Positions 1-14,686 of a stretch of 64,000 bases of DNA are shown here, piece by piece. Origin of the DNA: Octopus sinensis (Eukaryota). The first letter of the stretch is position 1; each line of letters begins with the position of its first letter. The stretch is taken from positions 41,602,001 through 41,666,000 of the forward strand of contig NC_043003.1 of assembly GCF_006345805.1 (NCBI RefSeq). Direction: 5' to 3'. A program made the position numbers and the translations under genes. The notes under the pieces are model-generated. The model worked only from the letters and a program-made list of their open reading frames with translations, did no database searches and was not told the DNA's origin.

Positions 1-181
1 GTTATTTTTAACTGTGTTTCGCAAGTTATTATTTGTTATTGATAAGATTCTATCTATTAAATGTTGCTCGTGTCGTTGCATTTGTTGGATTTTTCTCCTA
101 CCTTTTTCGGTTCTCTTTATGATTTCATTTCTTTTTCTTTCCTTTTTTAATATTTTTGCTAATGCCTATTTTTTCCGGTAT

Positions 182-226
<45 letters not shown>

Positions 227-888
227 TAAATATGTAATATTATCATATAGATTTGAAGACATTTCGTTTTTTTTGTGTGTTTTTCTTTTCGTATTTCAGC
301 AGAATCTGTTACTTTGTATAACAGCGTGCACAGCAGTATCTGTTTACACGAAATCTGACAAAAGCCTGTCAGCAAAGCTTGCTCCATCAATGTAAACCAA
401 TATGCCGACATTCTGTTGCAACCTCTTCATTTTGCAGTAGTCTTCTCTTCCCATATATTCCTTTTATTTCAGCAACTTCCACAGTAAACGCTGATCAGTT
501 ACATCAGCAAAACATACGTTTGTTTCCGTGTCCTATACAACAAAAATATGAAAGCCTTTTACACCCATACGTTTGGAGCCAAAAGCCTTTTCATCATACT
601 ATCCAACTGTTATGGAAACATACACATACACATACGTTCAGTGGTAATTGATGATGCGCTTCTCTATATCCGCCTTAACCAACGCATACAAAAGTGAAAG
701 CTAAGGTAAAATGGCAGTGCATAATCAGCTGATCAGCATGAAAGGATTAAGTGAACGGTAAACTTGTATTGAGTACATATTTTCTCCGAATATGAAACTG
801 AGTGATTACACGCGGGCGCACACGCACGCACATATTCACACACATGCATACACGCACACAAGCACATATACATACACAATCACACGTA

Positions 889-934
<46 letters not shown>

Positions 935-1194
935 CGCACACATATGCACGCATGTATATATGCAAATGTAACCAACAACTCCAAATCCTTCTTAGATTAT
1001 CCGCGTAAGTGAAGTCAAAGCTATGCAAGTATATATTCGAGAGGAATTCGAAAATTATCCGCACTTTCGCCAAAACCTAGTTGGCTTGCCCTGCTTCCAG
1101 TGATCGAGTACTAAAAGGTGCTAACCTTGTGGATACTTAACCGAGGCTTATTATCAATCGTTCCTTTGTTTTTGTGTTACAGTAAACATGGCAG

Positions 1195-1500
1195 TGTGCC
1201 CCATGAAAGGACAGAGATCGATGACCTTGTTTGTCTGGTCTGAAGGTGTATCAATGACTGAAACTCATCGCCAGCCTCCAATACAATATTGAAACAGCAT
1301 TTAGCGTGTAGAAGAGTAGATGAGTGGATCGAGAAGATTATAAATGACCGGACAAGCATGAAGCACGAAGAAGGGGCAGGATGCCCGTCCACCTCCACCA
1401 CTAACGTGAAGATTCATCTAGCGCGATTAAGAATTCTGGTGAAGCGAGAAGGAGTTATCAATGTGGTGACATGTTCCTTGAAAATTAGTTATAAAATAAA
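1195..1500 (+). mobile_element. mariner-family transposase remnant (N-terminal HTH region, frameshifted)
   Basis: Frames give QRSMTLFVWSEGVS...ETHRQ then RRVDEWIEKIINDRTSMKHEEGAGCPSTSTT, matching the mariner HTH/linker pattern EQRSVIRFL.AEG...EIH...VYEW...F..GRTS...E..GRPSTS. Confidence 0.7.
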
Positions 1501-1929
1501 GAAGAATAAAAGGTACTGCATACAATGTTATTCATAACAAGCTGCCGTTGCATAAATTCTGTGAGAAATGGGTGCCAAGAGAGCTTACGGAAGCTCGTTA
1601 GCCCAATCGTGATCTTCTATAATAATGAAGCTGTAGGCCTTAGTTTGGTGCCCTTTTATAGACATACAGAGAAGAAACCTTGCAGAACAGACGATATTTT
1701 AACGAGATACATCTTGTATTCATCTGAGGAGATAAATCTACACCGGCGGATTAACCGACAGATACAGTAGTATCCCACCCGGGTGAAATCGATGCTAGAT
1801 GAGTCGAAACAGTTGAAGGGTTCAATAAACTTTCTCGTATCTTCCATCTTCTGTCTCTCATTAATCAAATACTCCTCGAACACTAAGAAAGTGAACGTAC
1901 CTTACCGATGTATACCATACAATTTATTA

Positions 1930-1977
1930 TCTAACAACAAGAACAAGAACAACAGCAACAGCAACAATAATAATAAT

Positions 1978-2028
<51 letters not shown>

Positions 2029-2080
2029 AATAATAATTATAATAATAATAATAATAATATAATAATAATAATAATATTGA
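1930..2080. repeat. compound (AAC)n/(AAT)n microsatellite
   Basis: Directly visible. Confidence 0.95.
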
Positions 2081-2185
2081 TGATGAAGGTGAAGAAGTCT
2101 CCCGTCGATAGACGAGGATTCGAAAATGTCGTACCTAACAAGCGCGCAGATGATTTGTTTACACTGTTTGCGTACACATAAGCTC

Positions 2186-2372
2186 ACTCCCTCCATCAAA
2201 CTGACATAACCTGTACAGATGCAACGGGTGCCAAACGTCAGATGACAAAATGATCGCAGAGGAACGTGAAATGAAGTGCTTTGATCAAGAACACGACGTA
2301 ACGCCCAGTCTGGAAATCGAACCTACAATCTCGCAATCGTGCGTGCAACAACTTGACCACTAAGCCATGCAT
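2186..2372 (-). mobile_element. tRNA-derived SINE with CORE-like segment, degraded
   Basis: Minus strand has A-box-like TGGCTTAGTGGTC and B-box-like GGTTCGATTTCC, followed by GTGTTCTTGATCAAAGCACTTCATTTCAC resembling the CORE domain. Confidence 0.6.
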
Positions 2373-4959
2373 GTGTGTCTGTGTGTGTGCGTGTGGGGGT
2401 GATAGATAAAATATACCCAATGAAAGAATTTGAATCTACAATTATATTTTGAAGATGAAACCTGCTATTTATACTCATCCCCTATTCTCTGACATCTATC
2501 AATTTTAGATGTTAACTTCCCACCGTAGATAATAGTGAAAGAAAAATGGAAACATTCTGAAGGTTTCTTTAAATTGCAAACCTTCTCACTAAATACCCAT
2601 GTAGGAAGTCTGTCTGAAAAGGTTCTATCGATTTAGCTAAATTTAGCGTGTAACTGAAACGTATACATTGAGAGAATATCGCTACAGCAATGCACTTTTT
2701 ATCTATTAGGGAAAGGTGTCTTTAAGCAAAGGAATAGCTACCACATTATAATAAACACTTGGCTCATGAATGTGCAATCGATATATATGGACTAAATGCT
2801 ATAAATTCATCACTGATGTACAATAGTAAAAGATCAATTCGAACCTTCTAATGTAGATGTCATTGCTGTTTTGGCACATTCATTTATAATAATCATACAT
2901 ATTCCTCAGAATTACATACGAAAGCAAGTTTATGTATGTTCAATAAAAATGTATATCTTTCAGTTGGTAAATAATCTCAGGAATACATAATTATATAACT
3001 GACTTCGAACAATAGCTAGCTGTGTTTACACACATTTATATGTACATAAGCATAATTGTGTATGTGTATATGTGTGTGCGCATGATTGTTTTTTTTTGTG
3101 TGTGTTTTTGTATATATGTGCAGAAGTAAATTTATCGGTGAACGTTTGCTGTACAAACTGTTGAAAACTTTTCACAATTGATCTACTAATAAAAGGCACC
3201 TAAATACACGAAAAGATCTTCCGCTGAGCCTGATCGCGAGTATATAGTTGTTCGACCAAATAGGAAAATACACTCAATGAAATAACATCTGAAGTGGACG
3301 AGTATTCCGTAGACACGTGTATCTATTCGTAATTCTCAGGGTGATATTGCGTCAGTGGGTGAGAATATTAGACATTGGAATTGCTGATTCAATCCATTCG
3401 ACGATTTCCAAATATTCGTCATGGATTCCACGTTCCGAGACAGAACATTGAGCTTAACCGTTGTGAAGCAAACTTCTTAATTCTTCGGGCATACTGCAGC
3501 TATGAATGAAAATAAGGAAAGCTAGGCTGAGTGAAACTACGGGGTAACTTATACAAGTGGAATGCGGGTATAGAAAGAAAGCTTTGTCTATAAACAGATG
3601 TAAGGATGTTACGAAGTCTCAAGAAGCCGCCTTCTGGCTGGACACTTATGCTGAAAACACCACACATTGTATGCAATATGGCTCTTTAGATTTCATTAGT
3701 TATTTAACTTCCAGGCTCATTTGTGTGTCCATTCCATAATAACATTCTTAATCACTATCTACCTGGACGCTATGCCGCAGCAAAACGCTTACAACTATGT
3801 ATGTGCGACCGATAATGTTTATATTACAAAAGCCGCTTTTAATCCTTAATGTAATTTTATTTCACATGTCATATGCTACAGTACATCAACAAAAAGACTG
3901 TAGTCTATCTGTATATAAACCATAGCAAAGCGATACACTACGTTTCGCGATGATCCGCTACATAGCACTGATCAGCCACAATAAAAGCGCGGTATCGATA
4001 TGTACCGTTCTCGGTGATACTGGAGCAATCTGTCTCTCCTGATTTGTGACTTTCAGGTGAATTTTAACATTCGGTGTCGTTTGGAAAACATTTGCCGGAC
4101 ACTATTCTGCAGTAAATTCAGCGTAAAAAGAAAATGCTCACTGTGTATGTGCGACCGATAAAATTTACAGTACTAGAATTGCTTTTAATTCGCAAATTAA
4201 TAATATACAGACATATAGGTATGTGTGTGCGTGTATGCGTGCGTGTGTGCGTGCGTTCTGTGTGTGCGTGTGTCCAGAGATAGAGGAAGAGAGAGAAGAG
4301 ACTAAGGGAAAAGTGTTAATGAAATAGAAGAACGTTAAGGCAAAGGATATAAAGCAGATTTTGGAAATATGTGAATTAAGTTCCTTTTCCATTCACAATT
4401 TTTAGAAAAAAAAAATCAGTTGTATATCATTATTCTATGTTCAAAACATTTCATTCTCAATATACACTCACATTATTCTAATGAACTTGTTATTCTAGAC
4501 ATGGCATGTATTGTTCACGTTAAATTGAATAACAACATTATGATCATCAGTAGTAACAGAAACAACAACAGGATTATTAAAAATAACAACACCAACAAAT
4601 GCTGCGAGAAGAACAATACCAAGGAAAGAAAAGTACAAATAAGAATGACAGTTGAACAACGACAAAGAACAATGTCAATACACGAAAGAGACAACAACGG
4701 CAGCAAGAAGAACAAGAACATGGACAACAAAGACAAGAAGAAGAAAAGAAGAAGAACAACAACAACAACGACAACAGCAGTCGCAGTCGCAGTAGCAGCA
4801 ACAACAACAGCAACAACTGAATAAGAAAGAAATGTATGAATTTTCTCTAAGAAATAATATTTTACAATAAACGACATTAAAATTATTATTAACAATATTG
4901 ATAATTATATTACAAACAATTAGATTCGAAAGCAACAAATTCAAACTCCAGAACAATAA

Positions 4960-4979
4960 TATTAATGATGATGATGATG

Positions 4980-5048
<69 letters not shown>

Positions 5049-5457
5049 TAATAATAATAATAAAAATAATAGTAATAGCAGCAGCAGCAACAACAACAAT
5101 AAAAGGAGAAAAAGAGTTAAATTATCATAAGGCCAAGAAGTATGTTTAAAAAAATAACTGCTATAGAATTACAATAAGAATTATCTTAATAAGAATAGCC
5201 ATGAAATCTATAAGCACAAAGGGAAAGTTTAGGAGGAAGAAGATGCGTAGAGAATAGAGAGGAAGACTAGAATGAGAGAGAGAAAAACAAAACAAAGATT
5301 AGGATGTTCACAACGATGAAGACGACGACGACGACAACAACAAATGATGGTTATGATGATGATGGTGGTGATAATGATGATGATGATGATGGTGATGATG
5401 ATCGTCAGCATGAACATCACCGTCATTATCATCTCCATCTTCATCATGAATATCCTT

Positions 5458-5503
<46 letters not shown>

Positions 5504-5560
5504 CCATCATCATCGTCATCATCGTCATCATCTTCATCATCATCTTCATCATCGTTTCTG
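4960..5560. repeat. (GAT)/(AAT)/(CAT) trinucleotide microsatellite block
   Basis: Directly visible; produces the poly-N/H/D/M ORFs. Confidence 0.95.
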
Positions 5561-5589
5561 TCACCAAATCTATACCAACACAGACGTTT

Positions 5590-5977
5590 GGACGGAAGCA
5601 CTCCGTCGGTTACGACGATGAGGGTTCCGGTTGATCCGACCAACGGAACAGCCTGCTCGTGAAACTAACGTGTAAGTGGCTGAGCACTCCACAGACACGT
5701 GTACCCTTAACGTAGTTCTCGGGGATATTCAGCGTGACACAGAGAGTGACAAGGCCGGCCCTTTGAAATACAGGTACAACAGAAACAGGAAGAAAGAGTG
5801 AGAGAAAGTTGTGGTGAAAGAGTACAGCAGGGATCACCACCATCCCCTGCCGGGTCCTCGTGGAGCTTTAGGTGTTTTCGTTCAATAAACACTCACAACG
5901 CCCGGTCTGGGAATCGAAACCGCGATCCTACGACCGCGAGTCCTCTGCCCTAACCACTGGGCCATTGCGCCTCCACT
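5590..5977 (-). mobile_element. full-length tRNA-derived SINE, family C
   Basis: Head TGGCCCAGTGGTTAGG...GGTTTCGATTCC. 12-bp target-site duplication ACACAGACGTTT at 5578-5589 and 5978-5989. A highly similar copy lies at 24948-25340. Confidence 0.9.
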
Positions 5978-6119
5978 ACACAGACGTTTATAGTGATAGG
6001 GATGATGATGATGATGATGAAATATTAATTACAATGTTTTTTTAAAGGTGAAGATGAACATGACAATGAAGAAAACGTTAGAGATAGTAAGAATAAAGGA
6101 ACAAAATAAAAATATGTAG

Positions 6120-6291
6120 CAGTAGTTGTAGTAGTAGTAGTTGCAGTAGCAGTAGCAGTAGTAGTAATTGTATTAGTAGTAGTAGTAGTAGTGATAGTAG
6201 TACTAGTACTAGTGGTAGTAGTAGCAGCAATAGTAGTAGTAATAGTAGTAGTAGCAGCAATAGATGTAGTAGTAGCTGCAGCAGCAGTTGT

Positions 6292-6337
<46 letters not shown>

Positions 6338-6468
6338 ACAGCAACAATAGTAGTTGTAGTAGCAGCAGCAGTAGTATTACTATTAGTGGTGGTAGTAGTA
6401 ATAGTAACAGCAACAATAGTAGTTGCAGTAGCTGTAGTAGTAGTAGTAATAGTAACAGCAGCAGCAGA

Positions 6469-6529
<61 letters not shown>

Positions 6530-6530
6530 A
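6120..6530. repeat. compound (GTA)/(GCA) microsatellite
   Basis: Directly visible. Confidence 0.95.
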
Positions 6531-9500
6531 ACCAGTGCTCATATATTGCTCACCGTTGGGTTTCTTTTGATTGGTATTATCTTATGTAACACGGGTGCAG
6601 CTATCTTTCGAGTCTTGCCCGAAGACCGACCTACCGCCTGTTATTGACAGACAAACGAGAGTAGAGTCTTGAATTTCCACTGCTCGGTGGCTATGACGAA
6701 GGAAGTTGTGCTTTGGACGCAGTAAAAAGATTGCGAACAAAGCTACTCCTATGAGAGCAATCACTTATCAGTCACTTATCAACTTCTTGGAAAGGAAAGT
6801 AATGGTCGAGAAAGAAGTGCATCCAGTCAGTAAATTGTATCAAAATATAATATTAATCCGGCCAAATAGCCACAAACTAATTATGCGATTGTTAATTGAT
6901 GGCAAGATTAAGGAGAATGCATTAACATTTATTGTGCCCAGATAATCCAATGGTGCGCTTTTTGCATCTAAAATCTGCATTAGTTTGCCACCATTATCAC
7001 CTTTGCATACGCAACATGGTCAAATGGCTTAGACGTCTGTGTCTTAATTCACGATCATTCAGGTTGGATTTTAATCCGTGGCATTTTGGACAAATATCTT
7101 TTACCCTATCGCCTCACAAACTACTAGAGGTAAGCTACACGAAGGATACTGTGCGGAAGCCCATCGGTTGCATTGTAGAAGTAGCTCTGCAGTTTCATAG
7201 ATTCTCTCCCAGAATTTTATTAAAGTTACACTTGTCAGTGGAATAATCTGCTATTTCACATATCACAGCTTTAAGTAAATTAAACAACAGTATACTCAAT
7301 TTTATTATCTATTTATTAATAAACCTCTACAGTTTTGTTGATCTCATACTTTTACTAGATAAATATCACCCACTGTTTCCTTATTTTCCCCGCTTCTCCC
7401 ATTTTAATGCCTTTGTATTATCCCCCAACATCTTAATCTCATGATGCTCCTTGCAGAAGTACGTCTTGCAAAATATGTAAAGCTATATATAGGCATTGGT
7501 CGGGGCAAGGCTTCTATGGCAGTATACAAGTTATTAAATCTAGCTCAAATCATAGCTAAATCTCCATAAAATCTTTTCATTTTTACTGATTAGTCGGACA
7601 GGTACAGTGGCATTAATATTTCGAATTGCACTGAGATTGATTGAAGGCAGGCAGGAAGTAACCCTGAAACCGGTAGCCCAGACTAAATGTTTAAAGAGAG
7701 ATCACTCTGTTAAAGATATATCTCTCCAAAATGCAAAACACAGTGTACCCAGCACACGTATCTTATTTCACTGACCGCGATAGATCAAGTTTGAACAGAA
7801 TATCAGAAGAAACATCGTAAAACATTGTGTTCTTCTACCCTAATCATTCTCCGAACTGGCGGTCTGAATCAAAGAAAGGAAGAAAACATTATGTTGTTCA
7901 AGACAGATGTTCTTGAACATTTTGTGGAGTAGTACACTTCGAAGGCTTTTCATCAGAAGTCAGACCTGGAGTTGAGAAACAGTTGCAGTAAAAACAACAC
8001 ATCAGTGAGCAAAAAGTAAAGAAAATTAAAAATTACACAATAAAGAAGATTATGGTGGAGAAAATTAAACCAAGAAACCTTTCTATAATTTACGCTAATA
8101 ATACAACTACACTTACTCGTCCGAAGTAGCTGATGGTAGTGTTGCTGATATGATTTTAAGCTTTATATCAAAGTCACCACTCTATGGAGCAGAATTATAG
8201 TCAAAAGATTTCCAGCGTTGGCCATAACATGTTCTATGTGGATTTTAAAACCAAAAACTGCCTCATCCAACGTACATTTTAGATATCATTGAATTTTCAA
8301 AGTTATGAGGTCGGTAAGCATGTCAACTGGTTACTGCCTCGGACAAAATACTTAACAGCATATTTTGTGTTTCTGAAGGATCGATAAAAGAAAGTACCAG
8401 TCAAGAGCTAACGTTGAAGTAAACAAACTAACCCCCATCCGCTAAATTTGTTGGCCTTGTGATAAAACTGGACACATTTTCTTTTTAAGTTTATGGCATA
8501 TTTTAAGGGAAATATTTTAATATATCTTTCTAGTATAACGAACGGGTAAGTACTACAGTTTATTAATTTCTATATGGTTTTGAGCGTATTCGCAGCGACA
8601 TTTTCTGATTATGCCTTTTAAACTAAGGTTAGATCTCACCGTCCCGAGAAACAAAAGTCATTCAAGCAGAGACCACAATTTTTTTTCCAGTTGCAGCTTC
8701 GAAAACATATAAGGCCGCACTTGTTTTCCGAGACGGTAGGGTGTGATTTGAGTAGAATTTATCTGTTTTCCTAAAACTTGAGAAATCACGAAGATGCTTC
8801 TCCATCATTATTATTATTAGTGTAGTACATTGTGATAATGATTGTGGTGATATTGGTTATGTTTACCGTGGGAATTAAGTGTCATTTGAAATCCAAAGAA
8901 AGACCATATCGTAATTAAGTTAAGTGAGGACATTATTCCCATGACAATTTCATTGAATACGAAATGTAGCTGAATAAGGAGTAAGAGTAGTAGTTTTAGT
9001 AGTAAAGATTGCGATAGGAGTAGTAATCAATGGCATCAAGACAGTTTCAAGCAACAATAGCTACAATCAATTCTATGATCAACAATATTTCTAATAACAA
9101 TAACAAAGAAATAACACCAAACCGGCAGCAACCACGACAACAGAAGCAGATACAGTAGAGGCTAAAATGGTGGTGAGAGAAACTGGCATAATGAATGACA
9201 AAGAGATAGAGAGATATTTAGAGAGAAGGGGAGAGAGAGAGAGAGAGATTGTGTGTGTCTACTGCAAATTCATTTGAAATAAGAACATCAACATCAATGT
9301 TTGTAATAGCTGCAGAGGTAGCAGCAACAATGCATGAGTTAAAACAAACTAATGAAGCAACCTCTTTGCGAGTGCTTGACTTGATAGAATTAGCACTCAG
9401 ATCTCACCCACAAATGAAAATGAATGCCTTAAAAAAAAAAGTGAAAGGATACGTCAGATTGTGTGGGTTTTACATAACAATAAATTGGATGGAATTCGTC

Positions 9501-10167
9501 ACGGCTGAAAGTAGACGATTCGCAAACAACAGCAACGATGATATCAAAATCATCATTAAAGAGAGCGGGGGTTTCATAAACAGCTGCAGCAATTATATGA
9601 GAATGTTAAAATATATTGCTAACATATAACACGATACTAGCAAAAACAAAATTGATAATTTCAACAGCAACAACACCAACAATAGGAACTAACATTGCTC
9701 TGTAAAATATTTTAAAATAAAGGAAAAGATTGGTGTGTAATAATAAGTTCCGAAAGAATGCTGATACAAATTACAATAGCAGCAATCGGAATAGTAACAA
9801 CAGCGGCAATAACAACGATAATGAATGCATTAAATAGGAAACTAGAGGAATAAGGTGACCACTGTTGATTCATGACATGAACCAAACGAACAGAGCTTCT
9901 CTCGCACAAATATGTATATATATAAGCGTCGGCCTTCAAACATGAATACACCATAGTCATATAATCATATAGCTGTCTAGTTATTGCACTGTCTGACTGT
10001 CTGATTGTTTGGCTCCCTCATTCTGCTTCCGTCTCTGTCTCTGCCTGTCTATCTGTCTGTCTCACTCTTTCCTCATTTTATCACCATTAGTATCTCTGGT
10101 ATAGCGCGCGTTTGTGTTCATATACATGCACACACACCCAAGCAGGCACATGGAATCTCTCTCTTTT

Positions 10168-10198
<31 letters not shown>

Positions 10199-10534
10199 TT
10201 CACCTATATATACGGCTTTCTATGTGTGGGGCGCGGTTGGGAATGACACCTATTGCTCACTCTGCCTGCAACCGCAAGGGCGAAGTGATGGCCAAGATTA
10301 AGGAGGTTTTCGAAAGATCTGCACAGAGACAGAGAGAGGAACGGATGCACTAGGTTTCGTTGTCAAGCCGTGGTAGAAGATAATGTCAGCTACTCGAGCG
10401 AACTATCATCTTCCAGTTCTTACGTAGATAATATTTTTGATTTCTTAAAATACTTCTACTTTTCAATGGGATATTGTTTCCTTTTTCTTTTATGTAAAAC
10501 TGTCGATTTTGACACGATCACTCTATCTAGACAT

Positions 10535-10712
<178 letters not shown>

Positions 10713-10789
10713 TGAACCTTTCTGTCGTAAAAGACAGATCTGGCTTTCAACTCCTTACTGAACTAGGTGCGCATATGATTGATTGATTT

Positions 10790-10998
10790 ATATTGATCAC
10801 ATATTTGTGCTGTACATTAGCTTGGCATTACTTATACTGGATTCAGTCAGCAGAACAGAAACGCCAGATGCGGAAAGCCAGAGCCACCTGCACCAATAGC
10901 ACAGCCCCTACCCAATTCTGCCCCACCTGTGGGTCTCATAGCAGCAAATGATGTCAATGGTCATCTTCGAACCCGAAGGACGAACATTATCATTATTA
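10790..10998 (+). mobile_element. 3' end of an RTE-clade (BovB-like) LINE
   Basis: Translates AEQKRQMRKARA...QFCPTCG.SH, the RTE C-terminal Cys motif, followed by the tail ATGGTCATCTTCGAACCCGAAGGACGAAC and an (ATT)-rich repeat. Confidence 0.6.
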
Positions 10999-11473
10999 TT
11001 ATTACTTATACTGGTGCAATGGACCGTTTCCGGCATACAAAAAGAGTTTTGACGGCAAGATATTTCCTACGAACCTGTCCTATATTTTTTAAGATTCTTA
11101 CTCCATGATAAACCACTTCTTTAGATGTGGATCAATACGAAATAGCTCTAACTTGCAAGGCTCTCTCATTCTAGTGATATTGATGCCATTGTCATATAGA
11201 TAGCATCAACATTTGCAGGAATAATATAAGCAGAGAGAGAATTCTATAGAGCGACCTAGTTGGAAAAACGAACCGGAGTAAGGTGATGCTTGGGTCCAGA
11301 AGGGATTGATACAACAATTGTGATAAAAGGACAGATATTTAAAATGGAAGACGTGAATTATGTTTTCATGGGTCCAACCAGCACCAAAGGTTAGTGGCGG
11401 TAATAGTAGCAGTAAAGGTAGAGAGAGAGAGAGGGAGGGAGAGCGAGAGAGAGAGAGCGAGAGAGAGAGAGAG

Positions 11474-11519
<46 letters not shown>

Positions 11520-12639
11520 GACCAACTAGTATTTCTTTATTTGATTATCTTATTTCGAGTTTATTTTTATAACAAACTTCAGGGTGAGAAAAACTTTGTT
11601 TACACAATACATACAGATATTCATACCCATATATATGGTGTGCTTGTGTGTGTGTGTGTACGGATATTATGTGTGTATATTGTGTATATTAGTGTGTATG
11701 TATGTGACCGTATTTGATTGTATTTGTGCGTGAGTTCCCTTGAAGTATTGAGACATTTAAAAATAAGTCTTTTTCTGAAGCTGCTCAAATGCAAATGAAC
11801 CTCTAAACAATATTTCCTATTTTTACCCAATATATTATGATCTTATATTTATAACTTCATTTGCATTTTAGTAGTTCTTACATGTGTGTATGCGTGTGTG
11901 TGTGTGTCTATGAGTATGTATGTTTATTTGCCGATTTAGTTTTACATGTATATCTCTATATATCTCTATATATGTATTGCTATCTAGCAACAACCAGAAA
12001 TGTGTCCGTATATATGTGCATTATATTATGTTGTTAATGATAACAAAGTGCCTATAGCGCTTAAAGTGCCTCCCATACTGATGATATTTATGCTGCAATA
12101 TTTTCTAATGAGCCTTTGTGAGTCAAAACTCCCAGAAAAAAGAAGAGAAGCCGAAAGTGTATTTAAGAGGTATTGTGTAATCGAGAGACCGGTTGTAGTG
12201 GATAGGCCGAAACGCGGAGCGCGGTTTGAATACAACAATTGTGGGGAGGCGACGGAGAGAAAAATGTGATGGAAATACATGAGTGGTGCTGATATGAGTC
12301 CAATGCGTACCGAAGTTCTGTGTGTCATAGTAGGTGAAGTAATGAGAGAGAGAGAGAGAGGGGGGATGAGTAAGGAGACAGCAGTCTGAAGATTAGGAGC
12401 TGGAGTATATCTGTGAGTGAATTTATGGCAACCAATCAGGTGTCTTTTTCTGGATAGCGTCTCCGATGTATGTGTATATGTATGTATATATTAATCGTAT
12501 CTTTGTGAGTGTGTGTATGTGTGTGTGTGTGTGTGTGTGCGTGACTCTGTGTGTGTGTGTGTGTGTGTGTATGTGTGCGTTTGTACACACCCCTATCCTT
12601 TGCACCAAACCAGACGTGATAATAATACTGAGTTTTAGG

Positions 12640-12752
12640 CCTCGAGATTTCCCCAAGACACCTGAAGTAGGTTGGAGGGTATATCAGCCGGAACGTTGCG
12701 CTAACAACAAACATGATGAAGACAAATATCCGTCAAATGTAAATAATGTAAT
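12640..12752 (+). mobile_element. 3' fragment of the hammerhead-tailed SINE family (degenerate hammerhead 12657-12702)
   Basis: Aligns by eye to 17820-17910 (-) and 18224-18333 (+), and ends in the TGTAAATAA repeat. Confidence 0.75.
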
Positions 12753-13284
12753 GAAGGAAGTACCATCTTATTATAGAATGGATGATTAGATTATATCTGA
12801 ATAGTTCCTACCTTTTGAATACCTATGATTATATGACCTCTAAATCATGGCTAAGCAGGTCGGCGCTTGTTAAAAAAGTAATCGGTGGAAACTAAAAGCA
12901 TTTTCGTACAAACACGCTCAAAACTAATAATAAGAAAAGAAATGTTCAAAAACGCATCTTATCTGTTGTTACTTGCTTTCCGAAATTAGCTCCTAGCTGT
13001 TGTTTTACATACTCACAGATTTATTTTCACATACATTATATACGCAATAATATGCACTTCTTTACATATACAAGATCAACTCTTCGAAATATCATAGATA
13101 TGAATGTCTATGTGGGATGAATATAAATAAGATTGTTTCTGTGCGTTGAAATTTACTATAAAAAGTATACCTAGACTTTTTATATTACACGCACATACGC
13201 ATATCTAGTTGTACACACACATACGCATATCTAGATACACATAAACAAAAATATACATAAATATATGTATGTATAGCATTGAAA

Positions 13285-13660
13285 GTTACACAAACAGCAG
13301 AACGGGGCGCCACTGCATGGCACCAAAGATCCCAGCATCACCATCAAAAGAAAGTACCAGATACTGCAACAGATTAGGTTTCAAAGACACACAGCTCTTC
13401 AATATTCTTCCAAAATGTCTAAGAGACCTGCATGGAGTAGATATAAGCATCTTCAAAACAAAACTGGATCTCCTCTTGTCAAGAGTTCCAGATGAGCCTA
13501 CCTCACGACAAGATAAGAGATGAGGGCAGTAGCATCAAGTCCCTAATTCACCAAATGCCACATATGAGACGAGGTTTCAAATAAAGGTCTAAGCACACCC
13601 AACGGTGGTGCCCCAGGATGACCGCAGCTTAGAAGCTAAAACAATTTAAAGATTTAAAAA
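13285..13660 (+). mobile_element. 3' end of a CR1-clade LINE
   Basis: SYTNSRTGRHC...QLFNILPKCLRDLHGVDISIFKTKLDLLLSRVPDEPTSRQ is homologous to 46249-46671; the tail is GGTGGTGCCCCAGGATGACCGCAGC. Confidence 0.8.
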
Positions 13661-13868
13661 TTTATATGTATATACGTGTTTGGTTTGTGTGTGTGTGTGT
13701 GTGTGTGTGTCTGTGTGCGTGTGTGTATTGAGATATATTTATTGCACATATATGTTTGCACTCCATACACATAGGTGTGTATGAATAAATAGATGTTTCG
13801 TCATCACTATGTACACACATGATAAATATGTGTGTGTGTATGTACATATATATATATATACATATAAT

Positions 13869-13918
<50 letters not shown>

Positions 13919-14337
13919 TATATATATTATACATACATACATATATTTATATACATACGTATAAATTACATTCACAATTATACAAACAATGAGATTAAGA
14001 GTTACAGGAAGTCTACATGATATTGGAGAGGTTCTGTAGAGAGCAGAGAAGCTATACAATTGACACCGGAGGTGTGTGGTTAACAGCGCGTGCATAAAAG
14101 GTTTCAGTTGATGAACAGGTGTAAACACTAACTCCGCCATCGTCAAAGAAAGACATTACTATATTGATACAATGTTATTACTATATAAAAGCTCAAGTTA
14201 ATATGTTTGTACATAGCAATTATTAGATTTTCGTATGAGTCACATTACAATTTATTTACCAAATTCATATCTTCAATTTCTTTACCTACTTAGTTAAGTA
14301 TATATCTCGAACTACAAATGTCTGACTGCAAGTTCAC

Positions 14338-14392
<55 letters not shown>

Positions 14393-14686
14393 TGTGAGTA
14401 GTGTATTTGCGCTATTGTGTATGGGTGTAGTTCTCTCTGTGTGTCTCTCTGTGTATGACAGTATATTTGACTATTTGCTCGTAGACAGTGTGTAGCATTG
14501 AGGAATTGCATGTGTGCGTGTGTTTGATTGATATCAATTCTGGGGCACATAATAAATATGCATCTATGTATACATACATATATATTTATTTTTTCTCTAT
14601 ATGTGTGTGTATGAGTGTGTGATTAGTTACTTATACATACAAATTTCACGCATGTATGCATATTCACTGATATATATATATATATA

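Noticed and set aside
1724-1820. CTGAGGA...GTCGAAACAGTTG
   Set aside because: No consistent stem I and NUH arrangement; at most a very old remnant.
5229-5643. His-, Asp- and Met-rich ORFs
   Set aside because: They are translations of (CAT)/(GAT) microsatellites, open in several frames on both strands, with no unique coding flanks.
6078-6589. Poly-Leu and poly-Val/Ala ORFs
   Set aside because: Trinucleotide repeat artefacts.
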